A stretch of DNA of 64,000 bases from Flaccisagitta enflata (Eukaryota), in assembly GCA_965153355.1 (NCBI GenBank), contig OZ231126.1, forward strand, positions 23,250,001 through 23,314,000. The letters are read 5' to 3'. Below the pieces are notes generated by a model. It was not told the origin of the DNA, did no database searches, and saw only the letters and a list, made by a program, of their open reading frames with translations. Numbering within the stretch: the stretch's first letter is position 1; each line of letters opens with the position of its first letter. Of the stretch, positions 1 to 12,200 are shown one piece after another. The translations under genes were made by a program, and so were the position numbers.

Positions 1-1445
1 CCTCAAACCCTAAATTACCCAGTTTCAGACCCTAAATTAGCTCTCAAGACGCTGAATCATCCCTCTCAGACCCCGTATCAGCCCTCTCAGACCCCATGTC
101 AGCCCTCTCAGATCCCATATCAACCATCTATGACCCCTTCAAGGCTTCAAACCGGCCCTCTCAATCCCATATCAACATTTAGCTCTCTCAGGCTTCAAGC
201 CCTTTCAGATCACATATTAGCCATAACAGACCCTAAATCAGCCCTCTCAGATTCCATATAAACCATCAATGACCCCTACAAACCAACCCTCTCAACCCAA
301 ATTATCATTTGGCTCTCTCAGGTTTCAAGCCCTTTCAGACCATATATTACCCATCACAGACCCTCTTAGATTCCATATCAACCTTCCAGATCCTGAATTA
401 GCCAGCTTCAGAACCTGAATCCGCCCCTTCAGACTCCAAATAATTCCTCTCAGATCCCAAATCATCTATCAACGACACCCTATATCCGCCCAATCACACC
501 CAAATCAGCCTTATCAGACCCATATCAGCCCTTTAGACGCTATATTAGCAGCTTGAGACCGCCTAACCTCGAATCAGTCCTCTCAGGCCTCATTTAGCCC
601 TCTCTGGCCTCAATCAACCCTCCTAAACTTCAAATAAGCCCTCCCAGGCCTCAAATCAGGTCTCTCAGGCATCATATCAGCCCTCCCAGGCCTCAAACCA
701 GTTCTCTATTGTCTCAAGCTTCAAATCAAGCTAGTATGGCCTCATATTAGCACTCACAAGCTCAAAATCATTCCTCAAGGGCCTCAATACAGTACTAGGC
801 CTCAAATAACTCCCCTAAGGCCTCCCCTAAGGCCTCAACCCTTTCAAGCTTCTAAGGTCTCAAATCAGTCCTGTCAAGGGCCTCATATCAGCCCTCATAA
901 GCCTATATTAGGCATTGAATTTGCTTTCAAAATTGCTTATTCATGCCTCAAAACCCTTGTGTTCTATGGGACTTTGTCCCCTTTGGGGCCCGCCCAACCT
1001 CAAATCAGTCCTCTTAGGCCTCTTTTAGCCCTCTTAGGCCTCAATCAAGCCTCTTAAACATTAAACAAACCCTCTTAGACCTCTATTTAGCCCTCTCAGA
1101 CATCAAATCATCCCTCCTAGGCCTGAAGTCAGCCCTCAATTGCTTTAAGCTTCAAATCAATCCTATATAGCCTCAGATTACTCCTCACAAGGGCATCATA
1201 TCAGCCCTCATAGGCCTATGTCAGTCCTATCTCAGCCATTACATTAGCCTACATAGGCCTAAAATCTACCCTCTTCAAATTTCATGTCAGCTCAGCCAAC
1301 TTCCTCAGGCCTTGAATCAGCCCTAATTGAGCCTTCAAAAAACCTTTTCATGTTTCAGAGCCCCTGTAATCTACAAGAGTTTAATCTCTTTGGGACCTGC
1401 CCAACCTAAAATGAGCCCTCCAAGATTTGAAATTGAGCTTCTCAG
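1..1445. repeat. Degenerate ~20-21-bp tandem array (GGCCTCAAATCAGCCCTCTCA-like)
   Basis: Recurring CAAATCAGCCCTCTCAG(A/G)C motif, resembling arrays at 16320-17160, 33085-33990 and 50290-50730. Confidence 0.7.
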
Positions 1446-1467
1446 GCTTCTTAGGCATGATTCAAGA

Positions 1468-1660
1468 TTCACCGGGCCAATGAGAAATGTGTCCACACTT
1501 TGTGACATCAGTATTTCACTGATTCATTGACAAAAATCTATCCATGGGTTTTAAGTACTTTTTTTTTCAGTTTATCCGCCAGTTATAAAAATCCCTATAT
1601 GTAAGTGTAAACTCAGTGTGACAGGGTGTGGACATATTTCTTATAGTTGTCCAGGCGAAA
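1468..1660. mobile_element. Degenerate small inverted-repeat element
   Basis: GAGAAATGTGTCCACACTTTGT pairs with ACAGGGTGTGGACATATTTCTT. Confidence 0.4.
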
Positions 1661-1979
1661 CTAAAATCTTTCCCTTAGCAGCCTTCCCACAGTAAAATCA
1701 AGCTCTCTAGCACGCGTTAATAACATTATTCCTAACACAGCCACAACCTCATAATATCTCTCAATGAAGAAAAATAAGAATCACTGACTACTAACTAGTT
1801 ATTGATAGGAAACTCAATGTTAGACAACAACTCTTTAATCATAGAAAGAAAAGATTTGTTTCATGGCAACAAATTGAAAATCAGAAAAAAAAATTGAGAG
1901 ATATCATTCATCAAAGTAGTCTATAGCGTCCTTTCACCAATGTGTCTTTCTGTGAGTATTTTGTCTTTTCTTCAAGGCT

Positions 1980-2555
1980 TTTTTGCCAGCCACTGGTCTC
2001 CTCTAGCCAGCCACTGCATGTCTTATTGCCAGCAACTGCGTCTCCAATCGCCAGCAACTGCGTCTCCTCTTGCCAGTGACTGCGTCTCCTCTTGCCAGCA
2101 ATCGGGTTCTTTATTGCCAGCAACTGCGTCTCCTCTAGCCAATGACTGTTTCTCCTTTTGCCAGCGACTGCATCTCCTCATGCCAGCAACTGCGTCTCCT
2201 CTTTGCAGCAACTGCATATCCTCTTGGCAGCAACTGCGTCTTCCCTTGCCAGCAACTGCGTCTTCTCTTGCCAGCAACTGCGTCTCCTCTTGCCAGCAAC
2301 TGTGTCTCCTCTTGCAAGCGACTGCATCACCTCTTGCCAGCGACTGCATCACCTCTTGCCAGCAACTGCATCTCCTCTTGCCAGCAACTGCATCTCCTCT
2401 TGCCAGCGACTGCGCCTCCTCTTGCCAGCAACTGCGTCTCCTCTTGCTAGCAACTGCGTCTCCTCTTGCAGCAACTGCGTCTCTTCTTGCAGCAACTGCG
2501 TCTCTTCTTGCAGCAACTGCGTCTCCTCTTGCCAGCAACTGCATCTCCTCTTGCT
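1980..2555. repeat. 22-bp minisatellite TGCCAGCAACTGCGTCTCCTCT
   Basis: About 25 units, including some 21-bp variants. Confidence 0.9.
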
Positions 2556-2708
2556 TGTATTTCCTCCTTCTGATGTATCTTCATAACACATGCACAATGA
2601 TACCTCAGTAACACATTTAGTCACAATTGCAGACATTTCATCTTCTAAGGCCTAATCTGCAAATCCAAGATCATAAGAAGTTTATTATTCAGATATTTAA
2701 CCATACTA

Positions 2709-2865
2709 GGGTGTGTCTGCATTGATCAGCTTATTCGGATATTTCATTTGGATATTAATAACCGGATATTTCATGTAGTAAATCTTGTAAATTCACTATG
2801 TAGAATATCCGGATATTTATATCCAGATAGAATATCCAAATAAGATGGTGAATGCAGACGCACCC
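2709..2865. mobile_element. 157-bp PIF/Harbinger (Tourist-like) MITE
   Basis: TIRs GGGTGTGTCTGCATT / AATGCAGACGCACCC (1 mismatch), 3-bp direct flank CTA, palindromic interior. Confidence 0.7.
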
Positions 2866-3910
2866 CTAGTCTCATCGGTAAGGAGAATGAGGGTATGACA
2901 AACTCATACCCTCATTGTCCCGCGCCAGGACCACCCACTTGGCGGCCCCTCACTTACTACCAATACATTGAAAAGAGACTCTGTTAATTCTCATGACATT
3001 CAAAGTCTGCAGACCAAACAGTATAAGCAATAAATGAGGGGGAGACTTTTAGGTCCCTCCTACCTACCTCAACTAAATCTTGAATTTGAGTTAAGCCCTC
3101 ATTCAAGATATCTAAAAATGATTTCTATACCTCCCTGAAAAAAAACTCTAGGATATGACATCCACCAAGATCAGAATGATAGAATATTTTAAACAAAAGT
3201 AAGTCTCCAAACAAATAAATGGCTGTAACACAATTTCTTACAACACTTATCCCAGGTCACTAATCTACTTCTGTTAAGGAATATGCACATGACACAATAG
3301 TTTTGAAAATAAAGCAACAGCATTTTCATGTGCAGAGGATAATAAATATCATCAAAATTGTATTGGCATCAATGGTTGTTATGATCTGTTACTGCTAGTT
3401 ACAGTTTTGTAAGATGTGAAAGTGATTTCAGCAGTGACAACAAAGTCATGATCATTAACCATTTTTGCAATTAGTATTGAGAAGTTTCTCTCATTGCAGT
3501 GGTAGAAGCAATCAATTTGATAAAAATGAGGTCTCATCATCCTAAACAAATTTCTCCATAAGTTCCATTTTCAAAGGCGTTTGGGCAAACCATGTTGTAA
3601 ACCTCTTTCACACAAAATTCATATGAGGGCATGCATTGTTTTTCAAATTTTGCCCTGTCTGTGTCATCACATGAATATAACACAGTAGCCAATTGAAATT
3701 GTGCCAATTTTGAGATGGGTTTTGGTACAACATTCATGATTAACGCTTTCAATTGTTTTGATACTAGCAAGCTACAGTTATCCAGACCTCCAACCTTCGC
3801 CAGAGTTTCCAGTAACTGAATCTTGAGCCACGTCTGCGAGGCAAATGCTTCAACCTTGGTTAAAGAACCTGCCATGCGCAGGACTCACACCCACCACCCA
3901 GAGGGCCAAA

Positions 3911-4930
3911 GCCATTTTATGTCAAAAAATATGTAAAAGACACAGCTTCAGTGAATACCAAAATAACTTAAACAAGAAAAATTTGGCTCATTTTACATCT
4001 GCAACTTAAAAATATATTGCAGGGATTAAAGTGCTGTATCCTCTTATATCACACAAAGTTGTGCGACAATTATAGAAATGAAAATATGCATCTAGTTTTG
4101 TCAAGGAATTGCACATGACACACATGATCATGACACATGACAAAATTAGTGCCTCAAACAGCCATTTTTGTTGTTAAAAAGTATGTGAAAGACACAGCTT
4201 CAGTGAATACCAAAATAACTTAAACAGGACAAATTTGGCTCATTTTACATCTGAAACTTATGAATATATTGCTGGGATTAAAGTGTTGTATCCTCTTATA
4301 TTACACAAAGTTGTGAGACAATTATAGAAATGAAAAAATGCATCTAGTTTTGTCAAGGAATTGCACATGACACACATGACACATGACAAAATTAGCGCCT
4401 CAAACAGCCATTTTTTGTTGTTAAAAATACTTCATAAAATTATAATTATTGAATGATAATTAATAATCAATAATTAATAATCAATAATTAGTAGCTGATT
4501 GATAATAGTTAATGATTAATAATTAACAATCAATAATTAATAATTAATAATTGATGATTTATAATCAATAATTGATAATTAATAATTGATAATTAATAAT
4601 TAATAATGAATGATTAATAATTAAGGCTGAATAATTATTAATTAATAATGATAATAATTCATAATTAATGATTGATAGTTAATAATTGATAATCCATAAT
4701 TGATATTAAACAATGAACAAACATTAATAATAATCAATAATGATTAACAATTGCTGATTAATAAAAATTTATTGCTGGGATTAAATTGTTTTATCCTCTT
4801 ATATTACACGAAGTTGTGCGACAATTATGAAAATGAAAATATGCATCTAGTTTTGTCAAGGAATTGCACATGACACACATGACACATGACAAAACTAGCG
4901 CATCAAACAGCCATTTTTTGTTGCTAAAAA
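3911..4930. repeat. ~250-bp direct repeat (2 full copies plus 1 partial) with an AT-only (TAAT) tract at 4430-4770
   Basis: ATGCATCTAGTTTTGTCAAGGAATTGCACATGACACACATGA occurs three times (~4086, ~4338, ~4842). Confidence 0.85.
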
Positions 4931-5069
4931 TAATTTTGATATGAAATGTGGATATAAGTAAAAATATTGATAATGATAATTGCATAAAAATGATCAAGAT
5001 AATCTTGGCAAAGGTCATAAGATCAACAGCGCATGCATCATTTTTTTTCAGAAAGAGTTTGACACACAA

Positions 5070-5956
5070 CTTTGAGATGGACCAACGGACCAACCAACTG
5101 ACCAACTGAAAAGTGGCTTATAGAGTTGCGTAGCACACAACTAAACAAGGCAGGTGGTCAGACACTATATTTGATACTGGACATTTATTCCGATAATAAA
5201 AAACGTAAAAATGAGTAAAGTGTTCTGGGGCGATGGACCAACGAGTGACGGACAAACGGACCAACGGACCAACAGACCAACCGCACTGTGCTTTCAAAAA
5301 AGATCTGAGTGGAAAATCACATAACTGTGAGTTTCTTTGCATTTTTGTGTAGTGTTAGGGTGTGATAACATGTAACTAGCCAAAATAAAATCATTCACCG
5401 AGCGCTTTTTGAAAAATCTTCAAAATTAAAAAACATTAAACCCATTTTCAATGAAGATTCTACTGAGTTGTACTAACTTATTTTTTTTACTTTATAGTTC
5501 TAATCTATGCAAAATTCCCTTTCATATGATAGGTCACACTATATGGTTTGGTTTTAAAACAAAGTTTTCATTTTGTGAGCCACCGTTACTTTTTTGTAAT
5601 GGTGACTCAAAAAATGAAAATTGTAATTCTTTGCAAAAGTATGGAGTACGACCTATCAAATGAAAGAGAATTTTGCATAGATAAACAATATGGAGTCAAA
5701 AAATAGGTCAATATAACTCTGTAGAATTTTCATTGAAAATGAATCTAATTTTTTTCCATTTTGAAGATTACTCCAAAAGTGCTTGGTGAATGATTTTATT
5801 TTGGCTAATTACATGTTATCACACCCCAACACTACACAAAAATGCAGAGAAACTCACAGTTATGTGATTTTTCACTCAGATTCTTTTTGAAAGCACAGTG
5901 ACCGACCGATTGATGGACTAAGCAGGGTGTAGAGTCGCGTTGGTCGTGACTAAAAA
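5070..5956 (-). mobile_element. Tandem degenerate HINE-type elements interrupted by a fold-back MITE
   Basis: TGTAGAGTCGCGTTGGTCGTGACTAAAAA (5928-5956) and TATAGAGTTGCGTAGCACACAACTAAACAAGGC (5119-5151), with GACC/GGAC repeats. Confidence 0.6.
5284..5900. mobile_element. 617-bp fold-back MITE with CACTGTG...CACAGTG termini (CMC: Chapaev/Transib-like)
   Basis: Arms are reverse-complementary almost to the centre (~5590). Both flanks read ACCG, a candidate 4-bp TSD. Confidence 0.8.
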
Positions 5957-5961
5957 TTCTA

Positions 5962-6024
5962 TCATTTAATATCAATCACAACCGTATACCAGTGTGATCC
6001 AACACAGACATTTGACTGAACATT
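5962..6024 (-). pseudogene. Relic C-terminal 20 codons plus stop of a sister Helentron protease domain
   Basis: Translates NVQSNVCVGSHWYTVVIDIK*, compared with NVKSNVCVGSHWYTVVFEFE* at the end of the main ORF. Differences are mostly synonymous and the stop is at the same position. Confidence 0.8.
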
Positions 6025-6026
6025 TT

Positions 6027-6111
<85 letters not shown>

Positions 6112-6244
6112 AGATAACATCCATCACATCCAAATGTTAGTAACCAGCCAAAATAGAGAGAAAACCAGAACCAACCACAGAAGGACTAGTCGGACACCCT
6201 CTCATAAAGATGTAAATCCAAATCAATGAAAAAATGTTCACATG

Positions 6245-9200
6245 TTACTCAAATTCGAAGACCACCGTATACCAATGTGAACCCACGCAAACATTTGACT
6301 TAACGTTTGCTTTTCTCTGTTCATCATTTAAGACAGCATCATTGATACAAAAGACTGCATATTTCCTCTGACCGTTTTTAGGGAATGAAACATCCTTAAA
6401 ATCAGATGCCACTAATGATTTAAATAAGTTGACATCTTGTACAAAAAACCACTCTAAATTGTAGTCACCAGTCAAACTAGTGACTAAGTTCAATATTTGC
6501 ACAGAGTCTAGCAGTTGCGCATCACTGTGATCAATGTTGAGTAGATAATTGTATGCCACTATATCTGGATGATAGCTTGGATGATCATACTTACCAAGTG
6601 ATATCCAACTATCATGTTGCGATTGATAGATAAAACTTGCAATACACGCGCTTATGTACCCACAACTATTACCAATTTGTGTCGTACTATTGCAGTTAGT
6701 AGTAAGAAAACCATGGTTGTTCAGGTATTGAATGACATCATTTGATGACCGCGTGTTTAGTCTATCAATTACATAGGCTACTTTTTTTGCGGGTAATTGT
6801 TTTAAAGTGGGAAACTGTCCATCTGTTTCAGCACAATTACTTTGAATTATATCAGTCTCTGTAGAGCAATCCATGTCATCTGATTTTGAACAGTCATCAG
6901 AAAATGTGTCCATTGTTGAAACGTCTCCGTCATCCACAACATCCCTGTTATCGTCATGTATAGATTTTAATCCAAAATATGTCGGATGGTGATCACTGTA
7001 GTAACATGGATTACAACCAAAAATATATTCCCTATTTGTCTTGATATACATTTGGTCAATGCTAGTGCCAAACCTTGTAGTCTCATCAAGGGGAAGTCGG
7101 GAAAAACCATTTTCCAAAAGAATGTCAATACTTTTGCCGCAATTGAAATCACCACCAATAAGAATATCACACTCATAACCAACTGTTTCTTTCAATGCCA
7201 TTTCAAGACACTGGATTTTATGTTTCATTAAACTCTTTGGACTGAAGTAAAGACCAACAATTACAAAATCTCCCATGGAGCAAATGATTAACTGACAGTA
7301 ATATGAATTATCTTGGATGTTTATATCTTTCATCAAGCGGACATTCTGATTTAACTTGGCATACAAACATATCCCCCCTGGTACACGTTTATCATTATTC
7401 ATGCATAAACCGGCAACAAAATTATATCCTGGTAAACTAAGAATTTCATTTTTTTTCAGTCTTGTGTCTATGAAAAAGATTAGGTCTGATGCTAAAAGAC
7501 TGAAATCATTTCTTACATCATCAATGTGACAATACAATGAATTTACATTAAAAAAGGATATAATTTTGTTACAATTGGTAATGCTATACAGGGGAGTCCA
7601 AGTTAACCGAATTCTTTTTGCCAACAAGTTAGCATAACCTTCCCGTACTTCATCCTCTCTTGTCCTGCCTCCAGACTTCTTCCTTGCTTCTTCCTCTCTA
7701 TACCATGGATCCTCAAAAGTTCCAATAATTGTCAAATTGTCAATTGTGTCTGTCCGTGAGAAAGCAACGTACAACTGGCGCCGAGGAATTTTCCTTCTTG
7801 CATTTAGATGGACAATAGTTTGAATTCCTATGTGGTTATTTCCTTGTGCTTTGCAAATGGTAAAACCATATGCATAGTACAAGGGAAAACACACAACTCG
7901 TCCCGTCAAACGTTTTCTGCAAGTTGGAAAATTTTTGGCAACTTTCCATATTGGTGTTAGGCCATTTTGGACATGTTGCTTGTATCGCTGATTGTTCATC
8001 AATAACTGTCGGCGGTTTTTACCAACTTCTTCATGGTCAAACTTAACCCAGAGGGTGATAGGTTTACCTTGGCTATCGATATCAACATGTCGCAAAGTGC
8101 CTATTGCACCATTGACAAGTCCATCAGTCAGGTCCACATTAACGGGGATAAAATACCGCCCGTCAACTTTGTAATCAACATGAAGCCTAAGTCCAACTGT
8201 CTCGGTATGGTCATGTCTGTCTCGTATGGCCTGCTTTACTTTGTCTTTTACTGCCTTAGTTTCATCACCCATGATTGACAACTCTGATTCAACCAAATGT
8301 GATTCCCCTTTAACCGCAGCAATTAGCTGATCATTATGAGCATTAACATCTGCATTAAATGCAAATAGGTCAATTCTCATGTTAGGTTCAATTTTCAAAT
8401 CCTCTTCGTTCTTCACTCGGCTCTTGAAAAGGGCAACATTTTGAGCAGACATAGGAGCGGACGCATCCGACAAATCACAAAGGGCATCTTGTAAGCTTTT
8501 GTCTGCTTGTCTCATAATTTCTGTCAGTTGGAAGCTACAAAAACTTTCAAAAAGTACTCCCTCTGAAATAATGCCGTATGGGTCTTTGGCATCATGTTCA
8601 AAAATGTGCCTGTCTCCCACTGGTCCCAGTTGACAAGGATCACCATACAAAACAATATTTAGACCACCAAAATCATCATGAGGATTTGATTTGATAAGTT
8701 TGAGATGTCGATTAATTTTGGAAAGCATGGAACTTCCTATGTAGGTAAATTCATCACCTGACAGGTGAGTAATATTGGCAAAAACACCCATGAGATGATG
8801 TAAAGTTTTGTCAGCAATCATTCCACTGGCATTATCATATCCTTTCATTGCTCGAATTCCAAGAGCAGAATGAAAGGTATGGCCAGAAGCATTAAATGCA
8901 GCATTACCTGTATATGCACAGATAATGCTGTAAGAAACATTTGGATCATTTCCTCTCATGGTTGAGTAAAAATGATCAATCCATGTATTGATTGCTTTCA
9001 AAACCTTAGATTTTCCAGTTCCTGCTTTCCCAATTACAACAAAATGATATGGTAATCCCTTAGTTTCACGACTCACAATCTCAAGAAAAATTTCTTTCTG
9101 TTTAAGATTGAGAGCGCGAAACATCAGGTGCATATCATTTTGATCTATCTTTTTCTTTTTAACCGACAACTCATCCTCCTTCAGGTAATCAAATCCTAAT

Positions 9201-12200
9201 TCATTTGATATGTCAGTGGGAATCAAATCAAATGAATTAACCATTTTATTTTGGTGCTCATTGACTTTTTTTGCAAGGCTTTCTTCCTCGTCAACAACTG
9301 GGACCAAATTGTGGTCATGCTCATACTCATTCATGGCGTCATCAAGCACTTTCTTTTTCATTTTGTGGTAGAATGAGCGAGCTTCTTCAATCTGTTTTTC
9401 CATGGAGATATATCTGTCTCCGTAAGTTTCAAAGTCACCAGTGATTTCTGCTTCTTTACGCCATGAAGTAAAAAGTAGAAGTTGAACACGAGCAAAGTCG
9501 TCAAATTGAGTTTTTGGATCATACTGATAATACAAAATTACTTTTGTCTTTTTATCTGTCAGCCTCCCAGAAACATAATCGATAAGATTAACATTTTCAA
9601 AAACTTTATCTCTTACTGCATAGCGCTGAAAGCAGTCTGTGAGAAAAATATCTTCACTATCAGGAGATAGGGATGCTAATGCCTTCGATGATTTTAACAT
9701 CTTCACACGTTCAGCAGTTGGATAAGTATTTATCCGAACTTTTGTGCGAGTAGAGGAGACCAAAGGCATTTGCAAAAGATTATATCCAACCTCCTGACTG
9801 GAAATCTCACTGGCACCTTGAAACTCACGGACAAACTTGAAAAACTGTTCTCTCAAACAGTTATTCTTCTTTTTACACTCGCTTGTGACTTTTTGAAGAA
9901 GCTTGCTCATACCACGATAAGATTTGCCAATGTAAGAAACTATGTAGTGACAAACGGAATATGGATCCAGTATATACTGAATATCCATATTCCCACCCCA
10001 AACCTTTAGAAGAGTATCATTATAATTATTAGTTCTGATGGACTTAACATTCCTCCTCAAAAAAACTGTAGGTTTTTTTATTTCAAATGAAAGTGCCATC
10101 AGATACTCAGTTTCATTCATTTCTAAGTTATTCAGAAACTGTTCAAAAGTCATGTTGAATACATCAGCATTGGAAATATCAAGGGAGGAAAGATAATCAT
10201 TGATGATTTTGATGTTACCATTTAATATTTTCTTCATATCTTTCTTCCTTTCAACAAATTCCTCAGCTGATAATTCAACATCACCATTGCTTGTTTTTAT
10301 ATAATGATCCAAATCTAAAGGCTCTAAAATGATAGTCATAGGTAATGGTTTTCTTGGAAAACCAAACCTACACTTGTATCGTTTACCATTAACTTTAGCA
10401 CTCTTTTTATCCAAATTTTCATTGATGTTTTCCTTATTGTCCGGGGTTTTCTTTTTTTGCGCACCCCTGACAGTTTTCCTACATGTCAATTTATGACGAT
10501 GGACTTGGCACTTGAGATGAAAAGGAATGTCAAGCAGCTCATTTCCAGGTAGATCAACTGAAATGAACTTGTCAATGTAGTTGCATATTGATTGTTTGTC
10601 ATGAACGCCATATTTTGGAGCAGATTCAATCCAAACAACCATATGTACATGCGGACTGCCCCTATTTTGGAACTCAATCCGCATGAAATAGTCATCAGTA
10701 TCATCATTGTATCCAAGGGTTGGCTTCACAACCATGTTGAAGAACATTCGAAACCGATGATCAAAATGTCTGGATGTCAAAATGGGATTTTCACGAATCA
10801 AAGTCACTTTGTCAATCCATGACATTTTGGCCACCTCATCCAAAGTCAATGTTTTGCCATGTTTTTCAAAATATAGACTTTGAATGACTTCTGGCCATAT
10901 AGTCTCAGCGGCAGAAAAGGTGAGAAAGAAAGATGGCATACCCAATTGGCGTATCATCCCTTTTAATTCACCTTGAATTTTTTGCCAATAGGCCGGTGAC
11001 GACCTATCAGACATGAGTACTTTATACCCACTATTGTGCTGGATAAGACTATTGCCAGAGGTTCCCAGAATGTCCTTGGCAGTGATATTTGAACCATCTA
11101 GACATTTGTTCTTTTTCAGGTTCACAAACACTGAATTTTTCAGTGCAAATGTTTGTGAAACACGATACAGAGCAAATGGAAATTGATAGTGTAAACGAAA
11201 CCTTGGATCATGATGCTCCATATACAGCTTCGCAACATCCGCAATAGAGAGTGGTATCAAACTTTCTTTGGGTAATTGACCTGCAAAGAGAGTAGGATAC
11301 GCAGCCCTAAGCGCATGTTGATCTAGAGTCAGGGGGAGAGGTACTTGCCCCTCCCCCGGCGCGATACTGAATGATTTCAAAGCCATCGAAATATTGCTAA
11401 TGTCTTCGATCTCATTCAGTATCATTGTGTCAGAATTACCTACATTTTGACATTCCTTTTCTACTTTTTCAGTCCATCCATCGTCATCTTCATCATCAAC
11501 AGCTTCATTGTTCTCAGGACCATTTTCACAATCTTTAACATCATTGCCATTATCATTTGCCATGTCATGATCATCAACTGTATTTTCATTCATCCCACTT
11601 GACATAGTGTCACAATCAATCATAGCAACGTCAGGATCATCATCATTTTCTTGTATATCATCAAGACATGGAGGGACAATGATTGAATTGTTTATGTTGT
11701 TTCTCAAAAGTGAGATATTACCCTCACTTAAGGTAATGTCCAACTTTTTGTACAGCTCTGTATTGATGAGATAATTCAATGCCGAGCAAACATTTTCCAA
11801 ACTAATATTCATGGTGAGGTATGAATGGTCATACTTCATTTTTCGTTTGAAATTCAGAGTAACAACATTATCAGCAGAGGTTAATGGCAGCTGAGAGACC
11901 ATTTTTTCCATTGGTATTGGTACATTCACAGCATTACTGACAATGCCGCGTTGAGCACCGATTCCAAGGCTTTTTACTCTAACAAAGAAGGTACGTGGTG
12001 CCACTAACCTCTCCTCTCCATCATTCAAAGTCCTAATGAAATCAGGAACATGAGGTAATTCATTGTTGTTAGCTACAGCTAACTTAGGAAGATTACCTTG
12101 TGTAATGTGATTTTGGCATGTCTTGCAGATATACAAGCAGTTATCAATACTAGGGATATCCTTTAACCAGTCAATGTTGATGTTGTTATGAGTGACTTTT

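Noticed and set aside
1980-2555. CRISPR-like regular repeats (also 51432-51900 and 61325-61835)
   Set aside because: The units are contiguous with no unique spacers, there are no cas genes, and the context is eukaryotic.
1911-2636. Cys-rich, metallothionein- or keratin-like ORFs in several frames
   Set aside because: These are translations of the 22-bp minisatellite. The unit is not a multiple of 3 and frames are open on both strands.
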